From: Candidatus Cloacimonadota bacterium
GTDB taxonomy: Bacteria; Cloacimonadota; Cloacimonadia; G963667145
Assembly: GCA_963676615.1 (NCBI GenBank)
Contig: OY781092.1
Coordinates: 512,001 to 576,000 of the forward strand
Reading direction: 5' to 3'
DNA: 64,000 nt
Position numbers and translations under genes: made by a program. The notes beneath the pieces were generated by a model that had not been told where the DNA came from, searched no databases, and was given only the letters and a program-made list of their open reading frames with translations. Below, one piece after another: positions 10,254 to 21,000 of this stretch (position 1 is the first letter of the stretch; every line of letters starts with the position of its first letter).

Positions 10254-10955
10254 ATGACGAATTTGAAAAATTTTGAAAAATTGCCCGCTCATGTGGGAAT
10301 CATTATGGACGGCAACGGTAGATGGGCGAAAAAGAGGTTTTTGCCCAGAAGCATGGGACACAAAGCGGGGGCAAAAGCGGTGCGAAAAGCGGTGGAGTTT
10401 GCCGCTCGTGTGGGGCTAGAGTGCCTGACGCTCTACGCTTTTTCGTCCGAAAATTGGAAAAGACCTCAAGAAGAGATCGACTCGTTGATGGATTTGCTGC
10501 TCAAATTTTTGAAGAAAGAGTTGCCCAATTTGCAAAAGCAAAATATCGCTTTGCGGATTATCGGCGATTTGGGGCGCTTTCCGCAGCATCTGCAGGCGGA
10601 GCTGGGAAAAGCTATGCGAGCCACCGAAAATAACGACGGGATGGTGCTTTGCATCGCCCTTGGCTATGGTGGTCAGGACGAGATTTTGTTTGCGGTTAAC
10701 AAACTTGTGGAGCAAGGCATAAAAAAAATCGACAAGCAAGATTTGGAAGCGAATTTGTTTACCGCGGGGCTGCCAGAGCTAGATTTGCTCATTCGCACCA
10801 GCGGCGAGCAGCGGATTTCCAACTTTTTGCTTTGGCAATCCGCATACAGCGAATTTTGGTTCACGCAGGTTTTGTGGCCAGATTTTGACGAAAAAGAGTT
10901 TGAAAAAGCGCTGGTGGAGTTTGCGAGCAGACACCGCCGATATGGAGATGTATAG
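10254..10955 (+). CDS. uppS: undecaprenyl diphosphate synthase
   Basis: [21 protein letters not shown] and [15 protein letters not shown] motifs. Confidence 0.97.
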   Translation: MTNLKNFEKLPAHVGIIMDGNGRWAKKRFLPRSMGHKAGAKAVRKAVEFAARVGLECLTLYAFSSENWKRPQEEIDSLMDLLLKFLKKELPNLQKQNIALRIIGDLGRFPQHLQAELGKAMRATENNDGMVLCIALGYGGQDEILFAVNKLVEQGIKKIDKQDLEANLFTAGLPELDLLIRTSGEQRISNFLLWQSAYSEFWFTQVLWPDFDEKEFEKALVEFASRHRRYGDV

Positions 10956-10957
10956 TT

Positions 10958-11752
10958 GTGAATAATTTTATGAAACGGGTGTTGTTGGGGCTAATCGGCG
11001 TGCCGATTTTTTTGTATATACTTTGGCAAGGCGGCTATTTGCTGCTGGCGATGCTGGCGCTGATGGTTTTGCTTGGAAGTTTGGAATTTTACAAAATGAT
11101 CGCTCAAAAAGGCGTCAAAATCCCCAAAATTTTTGTCGTGTTTAATCTGCTGATTTTCCTGAGTTTTTCGCTGTCGCTGCACTATTGGACGGGATTTTTC
11201 TTTTTGTGTCTTTTTGCAGCTCTTGGCGTTTACAATCTTAGTCAAGATTTGCAAGGAACGATAAATCGCTTGGCAATAGGGATTTTTGCCGCGATTTATT
11301 TGGGACTGTTTTTGGGCTGCGGCTTCAAAATTTGGCAAATCGAGCCTTTTTTGCTTATCGTGGTTTTGGTGATGGTGTGGACTGCCGACACCTTTGCTTA
11401 TCTGGTCGGAATGAGTCTTGGCAGGCACCGAGGCATCGTTAAAGCTAGCCCAAAGAAGTCTGTGGAAGGTTTTTTGGGTGGTTTTGGTTTCTGCGTTCTT
11501 GCTGGCTATATTTTCACGCTTTTTATCCCCCAACTCGATACCAATTTTGTTTTGCTGGTGGCTGTTTTCACTGGAGTTTTTGCGCAGCTGGGCGACCTTT
11601 TTGCGTCTAGCTTCAAAAGAGATTGCGGGGTGAAAGACAGCGGCAATCTTTTACCTGGTCACGGCGGAATTATCGACAGATTCGACAGCCTGCTTTTGGT
11701 CTCGCCAGTGGTGTATCTGCTGGCAAGCTGGTTCTACGAGCTTAGCTGGTAG
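10958..11752 (+). CDS. cdsA: phosphatidate cytidylyltransferase
   Basis: multi-TM protein; SPKKSVEG and [25 protein letters not shown] motifs; follows uppS. Confidence 0.95.
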   Translation: MNNFMKRVLLGLIGVPIFLYILWQGGYLLLAMLALMVLLGSLEFYKMIAQKGVKIPKIFVVFNLLIFLSFSLSLHYWTGFFFLCLFAALGVYNLSQDLQGTINRLAIGIFAAIYLGLFLGCGFKIWQIEPFLLIVVLVMVWTADTFAYLVGMSLGRHRGIVKASPKKSVEGFLGGFGFCVLAGYIFTLFIPQLDTNFVLLVAVFTGVFAQLGDLFASSFKRDCGVKDSGNLLPGHGGIIDRFDSLLLVSPVVYLLASWFYELSW

Positions 11753-11778
11753 TTTTTTTCACCCCAAAATAAAGAAAA

Positions 11779-12546
11779 ATGCACAAATTTAAAAAACGGT
11801 TTGGTCAAAATTTTTTGCAAGATTTGTCGGTAATCGACAAAATTGTGGAGAGCGCGAATATCGAGCAAGGGCAGAAGGTGTGGGAGATTGGTGGTGGTCA
11901 AGGCGTTTTGACACAGGCGCTTTTGAAAGCTGGGGCAGAGCTTACCGTTTTCGAGATAGATTACGATTTGCAGGAGTTTTTGCAAAAAAAGTTCGGGACG
12001 CAAATTACGCTGGTCAAAGGCGATATCTTGAAGCAAAATTGGCGCGAGATGTGCCCGCAAAACCTGAAGATTGTGGCGAATTTGCCCTACAATATCACTT
12101 CGCCGTTTTTGTTTAAGGTGGTTGAAAATATTGACGCTTTTGCGCAGCTGACGGTGATGATTCAAAAAGAGGTGGCGCAGCGGATTGTCGCCGAAGCGGG
12201 CAGCAAAAAGTATGGGCGGCTTAGTCTGAAGATGCAATTTTATTTTCAGGTGCAAAAAGTTTTGGATGTAAATAAAGGGGCGTTTTTTCCGCGCCCAAAT
12301 GTTGATTCGGCGGTCATTCAGGCTGTGCCCAGGCAAAATCGACCGCAGCTTGAGGACGAAAAACTTTTTTTTCAGGTGATAGATTTGGCTTTTGCCAACC
12401 GGCGCAAGATGTTGCGGGTGAATTTGAAGCAGCTGCTTCCCAAAGAGAAGTTGGAAAAATTGGATTTTGATTTGACTTTGCGTGGGGAAAAATTGACTGA
12501 AGCCGATTTTGTGAACTTGACTGCGCAAATCAAAGAGGTTATCTAA
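11779..12546 (+). CDS. rsmA: 16S rRNA adenine dimethyltransferase KsgA
   Basis: KKRFGQNFL, EIGGGQG, ANLPYNIT and FFPRPNVDSAV motifs. Confidence 0.95.
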   Translation: MHKFKKRFGQNFLQDLSVIDKIVESANIEQGQKVWEIGGGQGVLTQALLKAGAELTVFEIDYDLQEFLQKKFGTQITLVKGDILKQNWREMCPQNLKIVANLPYNITSPFLFKVVENIDAFAQLTVMIQKEVAQRIVAEAGSKKYGRLSLKMQFYFQVQKVLDVNKGAFFPRPNVDSAVIQAVPRQNRPQLEDEKLFFQVIDLAFANRRKMLRVNLKQLLPKEKLEKLDFDLTLRGEKLTEADFVNLTAQIKEVI

Positions 12547-12573
12547 AATTTTGCAAATCGGTAAGGAGATGAG

Positions 12574-15375
12574 ATGAGAAAATTGGTTTTGTGTTTTAGC
12601 GTTTTTGTGGCGTTTTCGCTGTTTGCGGGGCAAAAGCAAGATTTGCAGTTTATTTTGGGTCTGTGTTCTGACCAAAATTATTCGCTGGCGAAGACGGAGC
12701 TGGAGAAGTTTTTGCAAAAATATCCCAAGAGCGAGAATAGCGCCAAAGCGAGCTATCTGCTGGCGGAGGTTTATTTTAACTTGCACGACTACGACAAAGC
12801 TTTGGGAAAATACGACGAGGTCGAAAAACTTTTGCCAGAGTTCGACGACAAAGTTTGCCTGGGGAAAGCCAAGTGCTACTACTATTTGGGCGAGTTTGCC
12901 AAAGCTAAATCGCTGCTCAGCGGCTACTCCTATCAGAGCAAAAAGGAGCAGGTTTACTACTACTTGGCTTTGATTGCCTATCGGCGCAAAGATTACATCC
13001 AATGCGTTGTGCAGTGCGAGAACTCGATGCGAGCGAAGCCCACGGGATACGCAAGAGCGCAGCTTGTGCTGGGGTATCTGGCTCTGAAATCTCCCAAAAA
13101 GGCGAAAAAAGAGGTGGAGGAGTCGACGGGCGATGCGGAGTATGGCAAAAATCTGCTCAACTATTTGTCGTATCTTTTGGGCGCAGAAGATTATGCGTCG
13201 GTGATAGAGATGAGTGCGGATCGGGTGGCACTGAGCCAAAAAGAGAAGCGCAGTTACACGACGATTTTGGGAATTGCGGAGTATAATCTGGGAAAATATC
13301 CGCGGGCGATAGAGCTTTTGCAAAATTTGGCAAATCCGCGGGCGCAGTTTTATCTCGGTTTGTCGTTTTTGGCAGAGGGAAAAAAAGAGCAGGCGAAGAA
13401 AATTTTTGTTGAGCAAGAAAGCTCTTCGAATCCAGAAATTGCCGCCAATAGTAGCTTTTACCTTGCCAAAATGAAGTCCGAAGCGTCTCCGATGAACGCG
13501 ATTTACGATTTGAAAAAGTTTGTGCAAGAGCATCCCTCGCACAGATTTTCGGGCTCGGCTTTCTATCTGATTGGCTGGAACTATTTCAGTTTGCAAAAGT
13601 TCAAAAAGGCGGAATTTTACTTAAAAAAAGCGCTGTCGCAAGATTTGGAGGCGAGTTTGAACGCCGACGCTCTGTTTTTGTATGCCGAAAGTTTGTTCGC
13701 TCTTGGGAATTTAAAATCGGCGATTGCCGCCTATCAAAACTATCTTGCCAAAGACCAAAAATTTGCCGATCAGGCGCACTACAAGCTGGCTGTGTGCTAC
13801 TATCGGCTCGACAATTTTCCAAAAGCGCAGGACGAATTTTTGGAGGTTGCCAGAAATTATCCGAAATCTTCCAAAGTTGCCAGTAGCTATTTTTATTTGG
13901 GAGAAATCGAGTTTTCCAAGAAAAATTTTGCGCAATCCAGCGACTATTTCCTCAAATCTTTGCAACGAGAAAAGTCGGAAAGCGTTTATTCTAGGCTGGC
14001 TGCCGTGAGCTACAAGCTGGGGAATTTGGGAAAAGCGGCGGACTATCTGGCGAAAGTCAAAAAGGTAAATCTTTACGAAAAATATATTTTGCAGGGCGAT
14101 ATCGATTTTGATCAGCAAAAGCTAAATTCGGCGCTAGAAAATTATCAGAAGGCGCTGAAAGCCAAAAACGCCAACAAAACTGAGGCGCAAATCAGGATTG
14201 CCTCGGTCTATTATAACGCCCAAGATTACGACAAGGCGCTGCAAATTTATCAAGATTTGTACAAAAAGCAAGATTTGCCCGACTATTTGCTGAACATCGC
14301 CAACATCTATTTCGCCAAAGAGGATTACAAAAATGCTGTCAATTTTTTCGTGATGTATCAGACCAAAACTCAGAGCGAAAATCCCGATTTGTATTTTTCG
14401 ATTGCTAACTGCTACTACAACAGCGGAAATTATTTGCAGTCAATAAGTTACTACAAAAAGCTGATTTTCCCCAAAAGCAAACTTTTGCAAGAGGGGCTAG
14501 AGGGTTTGGTTTGGGCTGGTGTGTGCGATTCGGCAATCGATGTGCAAAAACAGCTGGCGCATCTTTTTGCAAAATATAGCGATAAAAGCTTCAGACTCAA
14601 GGTGTTACAAAAAGAGATCGACTATTTTCAGGATGCCAATTTGCCTGCGCAGGCGGTGAAATCTTGCCAAAAATATCTTGGTATAAGTCCGCAAGATTTG
14701 CAGGTGAATTTGCTACTTGCCAAAAATTATATCGCTTTGGGCGAGTATAAAAAGGCGGACAATGTTTACAGCGTGTGCAAGACCAGCGACCCGCAGGTTA
14801 TTTTGAATTGGGCAACGCTGAAGTCCCGCCAAAACGACACTTTGGGCGCTTTGGCAAAGTTGCAATCGGGAGCTTTGATGAGCGAAAATCAGCAAGTTTG
14901 GCTGGAGTATTTGCGATTTTTGTCGATGACCAAAAGCCCGATTTTTGAGAGCAAGTTTGCGCAATTTGCCACTTTTGCCAACCAAGTTTATCTGCAGCAG
15001 GCGCAGATTTACAAAGTTGAGTATCTTCTCAAAAACAAAGATTTTAAAGAGGCTAACGCCCTTATTAGTCAGCTGTTTAACAGCAAACACGAAAAAATCG
15101 TGAGTATGGCTGGCTACCTTTCGGGACTTTTGTTTTATGAGCAAAAAGATTACCAAAAGGCGGTTGTGGAGTTTTTGAAGACTGCCTACCTTTTTCCAGA
15201 TAATCAGGAGCTGGCGCAGAAGGCGAATATTAAGGCTATTTATTGCTATTACTACCTCAAACAGCCGGCAAAAGCCAAACAGATTTTTGATAAAACAAAA
15301 AATAGCTTGACTGAAAAAATGCTTAAAAAAATAACTTTTATGTTGGGGTTAACTTATGAAAAAGATAATATTTAG
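12574..15375 (+). CDS. large exported TPR-repeat protein
   Basis: N-terminal signal peptide; many repeats of the A-Y-LA/LG..Y...Y..A TPR pattern over 933 aa. Confidence 0.85.
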   Translation: MRKLVLCFSVFVAFSLFAGQKQDLQFILGLCSDQNYSLAKTELEKFLQKYPKSENSAKASYLLAEVYFNLHDYDKALGKYDEVEKLLPEFDDKVCLGKAKCYYYLGEFAKAKSLLSGYSYQSKKEQVYYYLALIAYRRKDYIQCVVQCENSMRAKPTGYARAQLVLGYLALKSPKKAKKEVEESTGDAEYGKNLLNYLSYLLGAEDYASVIEMSADRVALSQKEKRSYTTILGIAEYNLGKYPRAIELLQNLANPRAQFYLGLSFLAEGKKEQAKKIFVEQESSSNPEIAANSSFYLAKMKSEASPMNAIYDLKKFVQEHPSHRFSGSAFYLIGWNYFSLQKFKKAEFYLKKALSQDLEASLNADALFLYAESLFALGNLKSAIAAYQNYLAKDQKFADQAHYKLAVCYYRLDNFPKAQDEFLEVARNYPKSSKVASSYFYLGEIEFSKKNFAQSSDYFLKSLQREKSESVYSRLAAVSYKLGNLGKAADYLAKVKKVNLYEKYILQGDIDFDQQKLNSALENYQKALKAKNANKTEAQIRIASVYYNAQDYDKALQIYQDLYKKQDLPDYLLNIANIYFAKEDYKNAVNFFVMYQTKTQSENPDLYFSIANCYYNSGNYLQSISYYKKLIFPKSKLLQEGLEGLVWAGVCDSAIDVQKQLAHLFAKYSDKSFRLKVLQKEIDYFQDANLPAQAVKSCQKYLGISPQDLQVNLLLAKNYIALGEYKKADNVYSVCKTSDPQVILNWATLKSRQNDTLGALAKLQSGALMSENQQVWLEYLRFLSMTKSPIFESKFAQFATFANQVYLQQAQIYKVEYLLKNKDFKEANALISQLFNSKHEKIVSMAGYLSGLLFYEQKDYQKAVVEFLKTAYLFPDNQELAQKANIKAIYCYYYLKQPAKAKQIFDKTKNSLTEKMLKKITFMLGLTYEKDNI

Positions 15376-16060
15376 CGTTTTATTTTTTTGTTTGTTTGCA
15401 ATAGGATTTGCACAAAATTCTGCCGAAAAAGCGGGTGAGTACTACACTCAAAAGAAGTATCAAGCGGCTTTGCAGGAGTATCTTAGCTTGCCAAAAAACG
15501 CCGACATCTACTACAATATTGGCAACTGTTACTATCGTCTTGGCGAGCTGGGCAAAGCGGTTTTGTATTATCGCAGGGCGCAGCGGCTGAATCCTAGCTC
15601 TTGGCAGATTGAGAAAAATTTGCAAATTGCGCAAAAAAGCTTGCTGGACAAACCGGCGGAGCTGACCAAAATGGAAAAGCTGTGGGAGAGTGTGAATATT
15701 AAGCTGTCGATGAATGTGCTGGCGGCGATTATTTTTGTGTGTTTGTTTTTGGCTGGAATATTTTGGATTGTTGGAGTTTACCGACCCAGCGGGAAATATT
15801 TTGCGTTTTTCTTTTTGTTTTTGTGCCTTGGAGTCGGCTATTTCACTTATCAAAAACAGGCGATTATGGCAAAAAAAGCGGTGCTTATTGCTGATGTGGC
15901 ACAAGGATTTAGCGGTCCTGGCAGCGACAATAAAAAGGTTTTCACAATTCATCAGGGCAATAGTTTTGCGGTGTTGGAGCAAGACGGACAGTGGAGCAAA
16001 ATCAAGCTGGAACAAGGTTTTGTGGGTTGGATAAAATCGGAAAAATTGGAAAAAATATAA
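15356..16060 (+). CDS. BatE-like protein (TPR, two TM helices, C-terminal SH3-like domain)
   Basis: YYNIGNCYYRLGELGKAVLYYRRA TPR, two hydrophobic helices, and FTIHQG...WSKIKL..GFVGWI SH3b pattern. Confidence 0.8.
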   Translation: MKKIIFSVLFFCLFAIGFAQNSAEKAGEYYTQKKYQAALQEYLSLPKNADIYYNIGNCYYRLGELGKAVLYYRRAQRLNPSSWQIEKNLQIAQKSLLDKPAELTKMEKLWESVNIKLSMNVLAAIIFVCLFLAGIFWIVGVYRPSGKYFAFFFLFLCLGVGYFTYQKQAIMAKKAVLIADVAQGFSGPGSDNKKVFTIHQGNSFAVLEQDGQWSKIKLEQGFVGWIKSEKLEKI

Positions 16061-16079
16061 TTGGTTGAAGGAGATTCAA

Positions 16080-17318
16080 ATGGCAAAAATCAGAGGAATC
16101 AGAGGGGTTAGACCCGCTCTGGACAAAGTTGATAAGGTGGCGTCGCGCCCATACGATGTGCTCAATTCTGCAGAGGCGAGAGTTGAGGCGAAGGGCAATC
16201 CGTATAGCTTTTTGCATGTGGTGAAACCGGAGATTGATTTGCCAGAGGGCACAGATCTTTATTCTGAGCCGGTTTATCAAAAAGGTCGCGAAAATCTTTA
16301 TCGTTTTTTGGAAGAGGGCACGCTCATTCGTGACGAAAAGCCGACGATGTATGTTTACAAACTGGTTTGGCGCAATGTGAGCCAAGTCGGCTTGGTTGTA
16401 GGCGCTTCGGTGGAAGATTACGAAAACGACATCATCAAAAAACACGAGAAGACTCGCTCGGACAAAGAGGCTGATCGAGTTAAGCATGTTGAGACTCAAA
16501 ACGCAAACGCTGGACCAATCTTTTTGACCTATCGCGATCAAGCGCAGGTCGATTCGATTGTCGCTAAAGTTATGGAAGACAAACCGTTATACGATTTTGA
16601 TTGCGGAGACGGCGTGCAACACACACTTTGGAAAATCGACGATGCCGGCACTGTTCAGACGCTTACGGACTGTTTTGCGAAAGTTGACTATCTTTATGTT
16701 GCCGATGGTCACCACCGCTCGGCTAGTGCCGCAATCGTTGGCGCTCGCAAAAGAGCGGCTAATCCAAATCACACAGGAGACGAGGGTTACAACTATTTCT
16801 TGTCCGTGCTTTTTCCTGCCAGTCATTTGTATATTATGGACTACAACAGAATTGTGCAAGACCTTAACGGGCTTTCTCAGGAGCAATTTTTGGCAGAAGT
16901 TGAGAAAAAATTTACGGTGGAAAAACTTAGCGGCGAGCAAAAGCCGAGCAAGTTGCACGAATTTTCGATGTATCTTGGCGGTAGCTGGTATAAGCTGACG
17001 GCAAAGCCAGAGATTATCGACAATAGCAGCGTTATCGGCGTTTTGGACACAGCAATTTTACAAGACAATTTGCTGGCTCCTCTGCTTGATATTCAAGACC
17101 CTAAAACCAGCAACAGAATCGATTTTGTCGGTGGCATCAGAGGTCTTGGCGAGCTTTCGGGCAGAGTGGACAAAGGCGAGGCTGTGGCTTTTGCTCTCTA
17201 TCCGACATCTATCAAGCAACTTATGGACATCGCCGATGCAGGTAAAATTATGCCTCCAAAATCTACTTGGTTCGAGCCAAAGCTCAGATCTGGCTTGGTT
17301 GTGAACATCATTGATTAG
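16080..17318 (+). CDS. DUF1015 family protein
   Basis: RPYDV, IKKHEKTR, YVADGHHRSA, FVGGIRG and MPPKSTWFEPKLRSGL motifs; AAGGAG RBS before ATG 16080. Confidence 0.9.
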   Translation: MAKIRGIRGVRPALDKVDKVASRPYDVLNSAEARVEAKGNPYSFLHVVKPEIDLPEGTDLYSEPVYQKGRENLYRFLEEGTLIRDEKPTMYVYKLVWRNVSQVGLVVGASVEDYENDIIKKHEKTRSDKEADRVKHVETQNANAGPIFLTYRDQAQVDSIVAKVMEDKPLYDFDCGDGVQHTLWKIDDAGTVQTLTDCFAKVDYLYVADGHHRSASAAIVGARKRAANPNHTGDEGYNYFLSVLFPASHLYIMDYNRIVQDLNGLSQEQFLAEVEKKFTVEKLSGEQKPSKLHEFSMYLGGSWYKLTAKPEIIDNSSVIGVLDTAILQDNLLAPLLDIQDPKTSNRIDFVGGIRGLGELSGRVDKGEAVAFALYPTSIKQLMDIADAGKIMPPKSTWFEPKLRSGLVVNIID

Positions 17319-17339
17319 TTAGCAGAAAATAGTAATCAT

Positions 17340-17372
17340 CGCTCTGCTGAAAATCGGCAGAGCGTTTTTTTT
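17340..17372 (+). terminator. intrinsic terminator
   Basis: CGCTCTGCTGA-AAA-TCGGCAGAGCG hairpin followed by T8. Confidence 0.85.
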
Positions 17373-17389
17373 GGAAAGTAGGTGCTTTT

Positions 17390-18031
17390 ATGGAAACGAT
17401 TTTAAGTTATATCAGCGTGTGTGGGGCTTTTGTTTTGGCGATTTCGGGCGCTTTAACGGCGATGCAGAAAAAATTCGACGCTTTCGGCGTGGTGATTATC
17501 GCCTTTGTCACAGCCACGGGAGGTGGGACTTTACGCGACATTATGGTCAACGGCAAATCGATTTTTTGGATGGCAGAGAGCGACTACATCTACGCCATTT
17601 TGGCTGGCAGCGTGATCGCCATAATTTTTCGCTACTATCTGGGATATTTGCTCAAGACGCTCTTTTTTTTCGACACGATAGGGCTTGCGCTCTACACAGT
17701 TGCGGGTGTGCAGGTCGGCATCTATTTTCAGCTGGGATTTTTGAACAGCGTTATTTTGGGGACGATTACTGGAGCTTTTGGTGGAGTTTTGCGCGATGTT
17801 TTGGTCGGCGATATTCCAGTGATTTTTCATCGAGAAATTTACGCAACCGTCTCGCTTGTGGGCGGCTCGCTTTACTACTTTTTGGCACTTTTTTCGCCAG
17901 AATTGGGAGAATGGAGCAAAATTTTACCGCTTGTTTTTATAATTTTGGCAAGATTTTTGGTCGTCTACTACAAAGTGCATTTTCCGTGTATTTCGTTGGT
18001 GCGATATGATAAAAATGCGAAAAAGAAGTAG
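17390..18031 (+). CDS. UPF0126/YadS (trimeric intracellular cation channel family) membrane protein
   Basis: duplicated TA.GGG.LRD / TGAFGGVLRD motifs and FHREIYAT. Confidence 0.9.
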   Translation: METILSYISVCGAFVLAISGALTAMQKKFDAFGVVIIAFVTATGGGTLRDIMVNGKSIFWMAESDYIYAILAGSVIAIIFRYYLGYLLKTLFFFDTIGLALYTVAGVQVGIYFQLGFLNSVILGTITGAFGGVLRDVLVGDIPVIFHREIYATVSLVGGSLYYFLALFSPELGEWSKILPLVFIILARFLVVYYKVHFPCISLVRYDKNAKKK

Positions 18032-18050
18032 TAAAAAATAATTAAATTTG

Positions 18051-21000
18051 ATGAAAAAAATTGTTTTTATCGATTCTGAAGTTGATTTTGAACAAAAAGA
18101 ACTTTTAGATTTTGGTGGAATTACGGCAAAAAATTCTATTCTGCATTCAAATTCCAAAGAAAAAATTATCGCTTTTATTAGTGCCGCAAAATATTTGTGC
18201 GGGCATAATATTATGCGGCATGATTTGCCTTTTTTAGAGAAAAAGCTATGTCTAAAATTTGCAAATTTCCGGATAATTGATACTTTGTTTCTGTCTCCTC
18301 TTTTGTTCCCCAAAAAGCCTTATCACTCTTTGGTAAAAGACGACAAGTTGCAAACAGATGATTTGAATAATCCTTTGAGCGATGCAATAAAATCAAGAGA
18401 TTTGTTTTTTGCTGAAAAATCTACTTTTCAAAGATTGGATGAAAATTTAAAGAAAATTTATTATTCATTGTTAGTTGCAGAACAAGAATTTGTCTCTTTT
18501 TTTCATTATATTGATTTTTCCTGTTGTATTGATGATGTTTTTAATTTGATAAAAGAATCGTTTGTTGGCAAAATTTGTCACAATGTTGATTTAAGATTTT
18601 TGATCAAAAATATGCCTGTAGAATTGGCATATTGCTTGGCTTTAATAGATACTAATAGCAGATATTCGATAACTCCACCTTGGGTTTTCAAAAATTATCC
18701 AGGGGTCGAAAGAGTGTTGCATTTGCTGCGAAGCAACCCTTGTTTAACAGGGTGCTCATTTTGCGATAAATTGTTAAAGTCTGAAAATGCATTAAAAAAA
18801 TATTTTGGATTTAATTCTTTTAGGACTTTTGGAGGCAAACCGTTACAAAAAAAGGCTGTTGACGCTGCGATTAATAGCAAATCTATTTTGGTCGTATTTC
18901 CAACGGGTGGAGGTAAATCGCTTACTTTTCAAATACCAGCTTTGATGAGTGGTGAAAATGTGAAAGGCTTGACTGTAGTTATTTCTCCATTGCAATCTTT
19001 AATGAAAGACCAAGTTGATAATCTTGAGAAGTTAAACATCACAGAAGCAGTAACTATAAACGGGTTGCTTGATCCGATTGAACGAGCAAAATCTTTTGAA
19101 AGAGTTGAAAGTGGCGAGGCTTCTATCTTATACATTTCGCCAGAATCGCTTAGATCAAAATCGATTGAGCGACTTTTGTTAGGACGAAATGTCGTTCGGT
19201 TTGTCATTGATGAAGCTCATTGTTTTTCAGCTTGGGGGCAAGATTTTCGAGTAGATTATCTTTATATAGGTGATTTTATTAAATCTTTGCAAGAGACGAA
19301 AAATTTACAGATAAATATCCCAGTGTCTTGTTTTACAGCAACCGCAAAACAAAATGTCATCAAAGACATAATTGACTATTTTCAAAGTAAATTAGGGCTA
19401 CAGCTTGAGGTCTTTAATTCAAATATTTCAAGAACTAATTTAAATTATAAGGTTCTTCTCAAAACTACGGAAGAGGAAAAATATAATACTCTTCGAAATT
19501 TGTTGGACGCTAAGCATTGCCCTGCAATCGTTTATGTTTCTCGAACTAAGCAGGCTTATGATATTGCCAAAAGATTATCAAGTGATGGATATTTAGCCAA
19601 GCCATATCATGGGAAAATGGAAAAACAGGAAAAAACTAAAAATCAAGACGCTTTTATTAAAGGGGATGTTGATATTATGGTTGCTACTTCCGCTTTTGGC
19701 ATGGGAGTAGACAAAAAAGATGTTGGCTTGGTAATCCACTATGATTTGTCTGATTCGTTAGAAAATTATATGCAAGAGGCAGGCAGGGCAGGTAGAGATG
19801 AAAACCTTACCGCAGATTGTTATGTTCTTTTTAACGAAGCGGATTTAAACAAGCATTTTATTTTATTAAAGCAGACGAAGCTGAATATTAAAGAAATACA
19901 GCAAATTTGGAGAGCCATAAAAAAGATTACTTATTATAGGCAAAAAGTTTCAAATTCGGCTCTGGAGATTGCGCGAAAAGCGGGCTGGGACGATAATGTG
20001 GTAGATATTGAAACAAGGGTAACTACTGCAATTTCAGCTTTAGAAGAGGCTGGATATTTAAAGCGCAGTCAAAATATGCCACGAATTTATGCCACGAGTA
20101 TTTTATCAAAAAATGCCCAAGATGCGGTGGAAAAGATTAATTTGTCAAAAAGATTTAACGATGTCCAAAAAAAATACGCAGTGCGAATTATCAAAAAATT
20201 GTTTTCAAGCAAAAGCAAAAAACAAGCAACGGAAGAGTCTGCTGAATCTAGAATTGATTATATTTCTGATCAACTTGGAATATTAAAAGAAGAGGTAATC
20301 AATGTCGTCAATTTGCTAAAAGAAGAAAAAATTTTGGCAGACACCAAAGATTTAACGGCTTTTATTAAAAGGGGAGATAATAAAAATAAATCTCTTGATA
20401 TTTTAAATTCGGCAAGCTCAATTGAAAATTTTTTATTATCAGAAGTTGAAGAAGAGGAAAAAGTTTTTAATCTTAAAAATTTGAACGAACAAGCGGAGGT
20501 CTTTGGATGTTTAAGTTCTTCGGTAAATGAAATTAAAACCATTATAAATTTTTGGGCAATTAAAAATTTGATTGTTAGGCAGTATAATTTTTCTAAAGAT
20601 TATCTGACTATTTGCATAAAAGGTCAAAAGGAAAAATTCAGACAGAAACTCAGAAAAAGGCACGAATTAGCTCATATTATTATAGATTATCTTTATTTGA
20701 AAAGCAAACAAACTTGCGCTAGGTTGGATGAAAACGAGGCTCAAGATTTAGTGGAATTTTCGATTTGTGATTTGAAAGAAGAGTATGAGAATAAAAATAC
20801 TTTATTTAAATCTGATGTTACCTTGGCTGATATAGAAGATGCTTTGTTTTATTTGTCTAGAATTGAAGCTATTAAAATTGAGGGTGGTTTTCTTGTAATT
20901 TATAACAAACTTACTATCGAAAGGATTGAACTCGACAACAAAAAACAGTATAAGCTAGAAGATTATCGGAAGTTGAATAAATTTTATGAAAACAAGGTGC

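Noticed and set aside
11734..13596. 620-aa antisense ORF
   Set aside because: It lies opposite rsmA and the TPR gene, has no recognisable motifs, and is best explained as a shadow ORF from codon bias.
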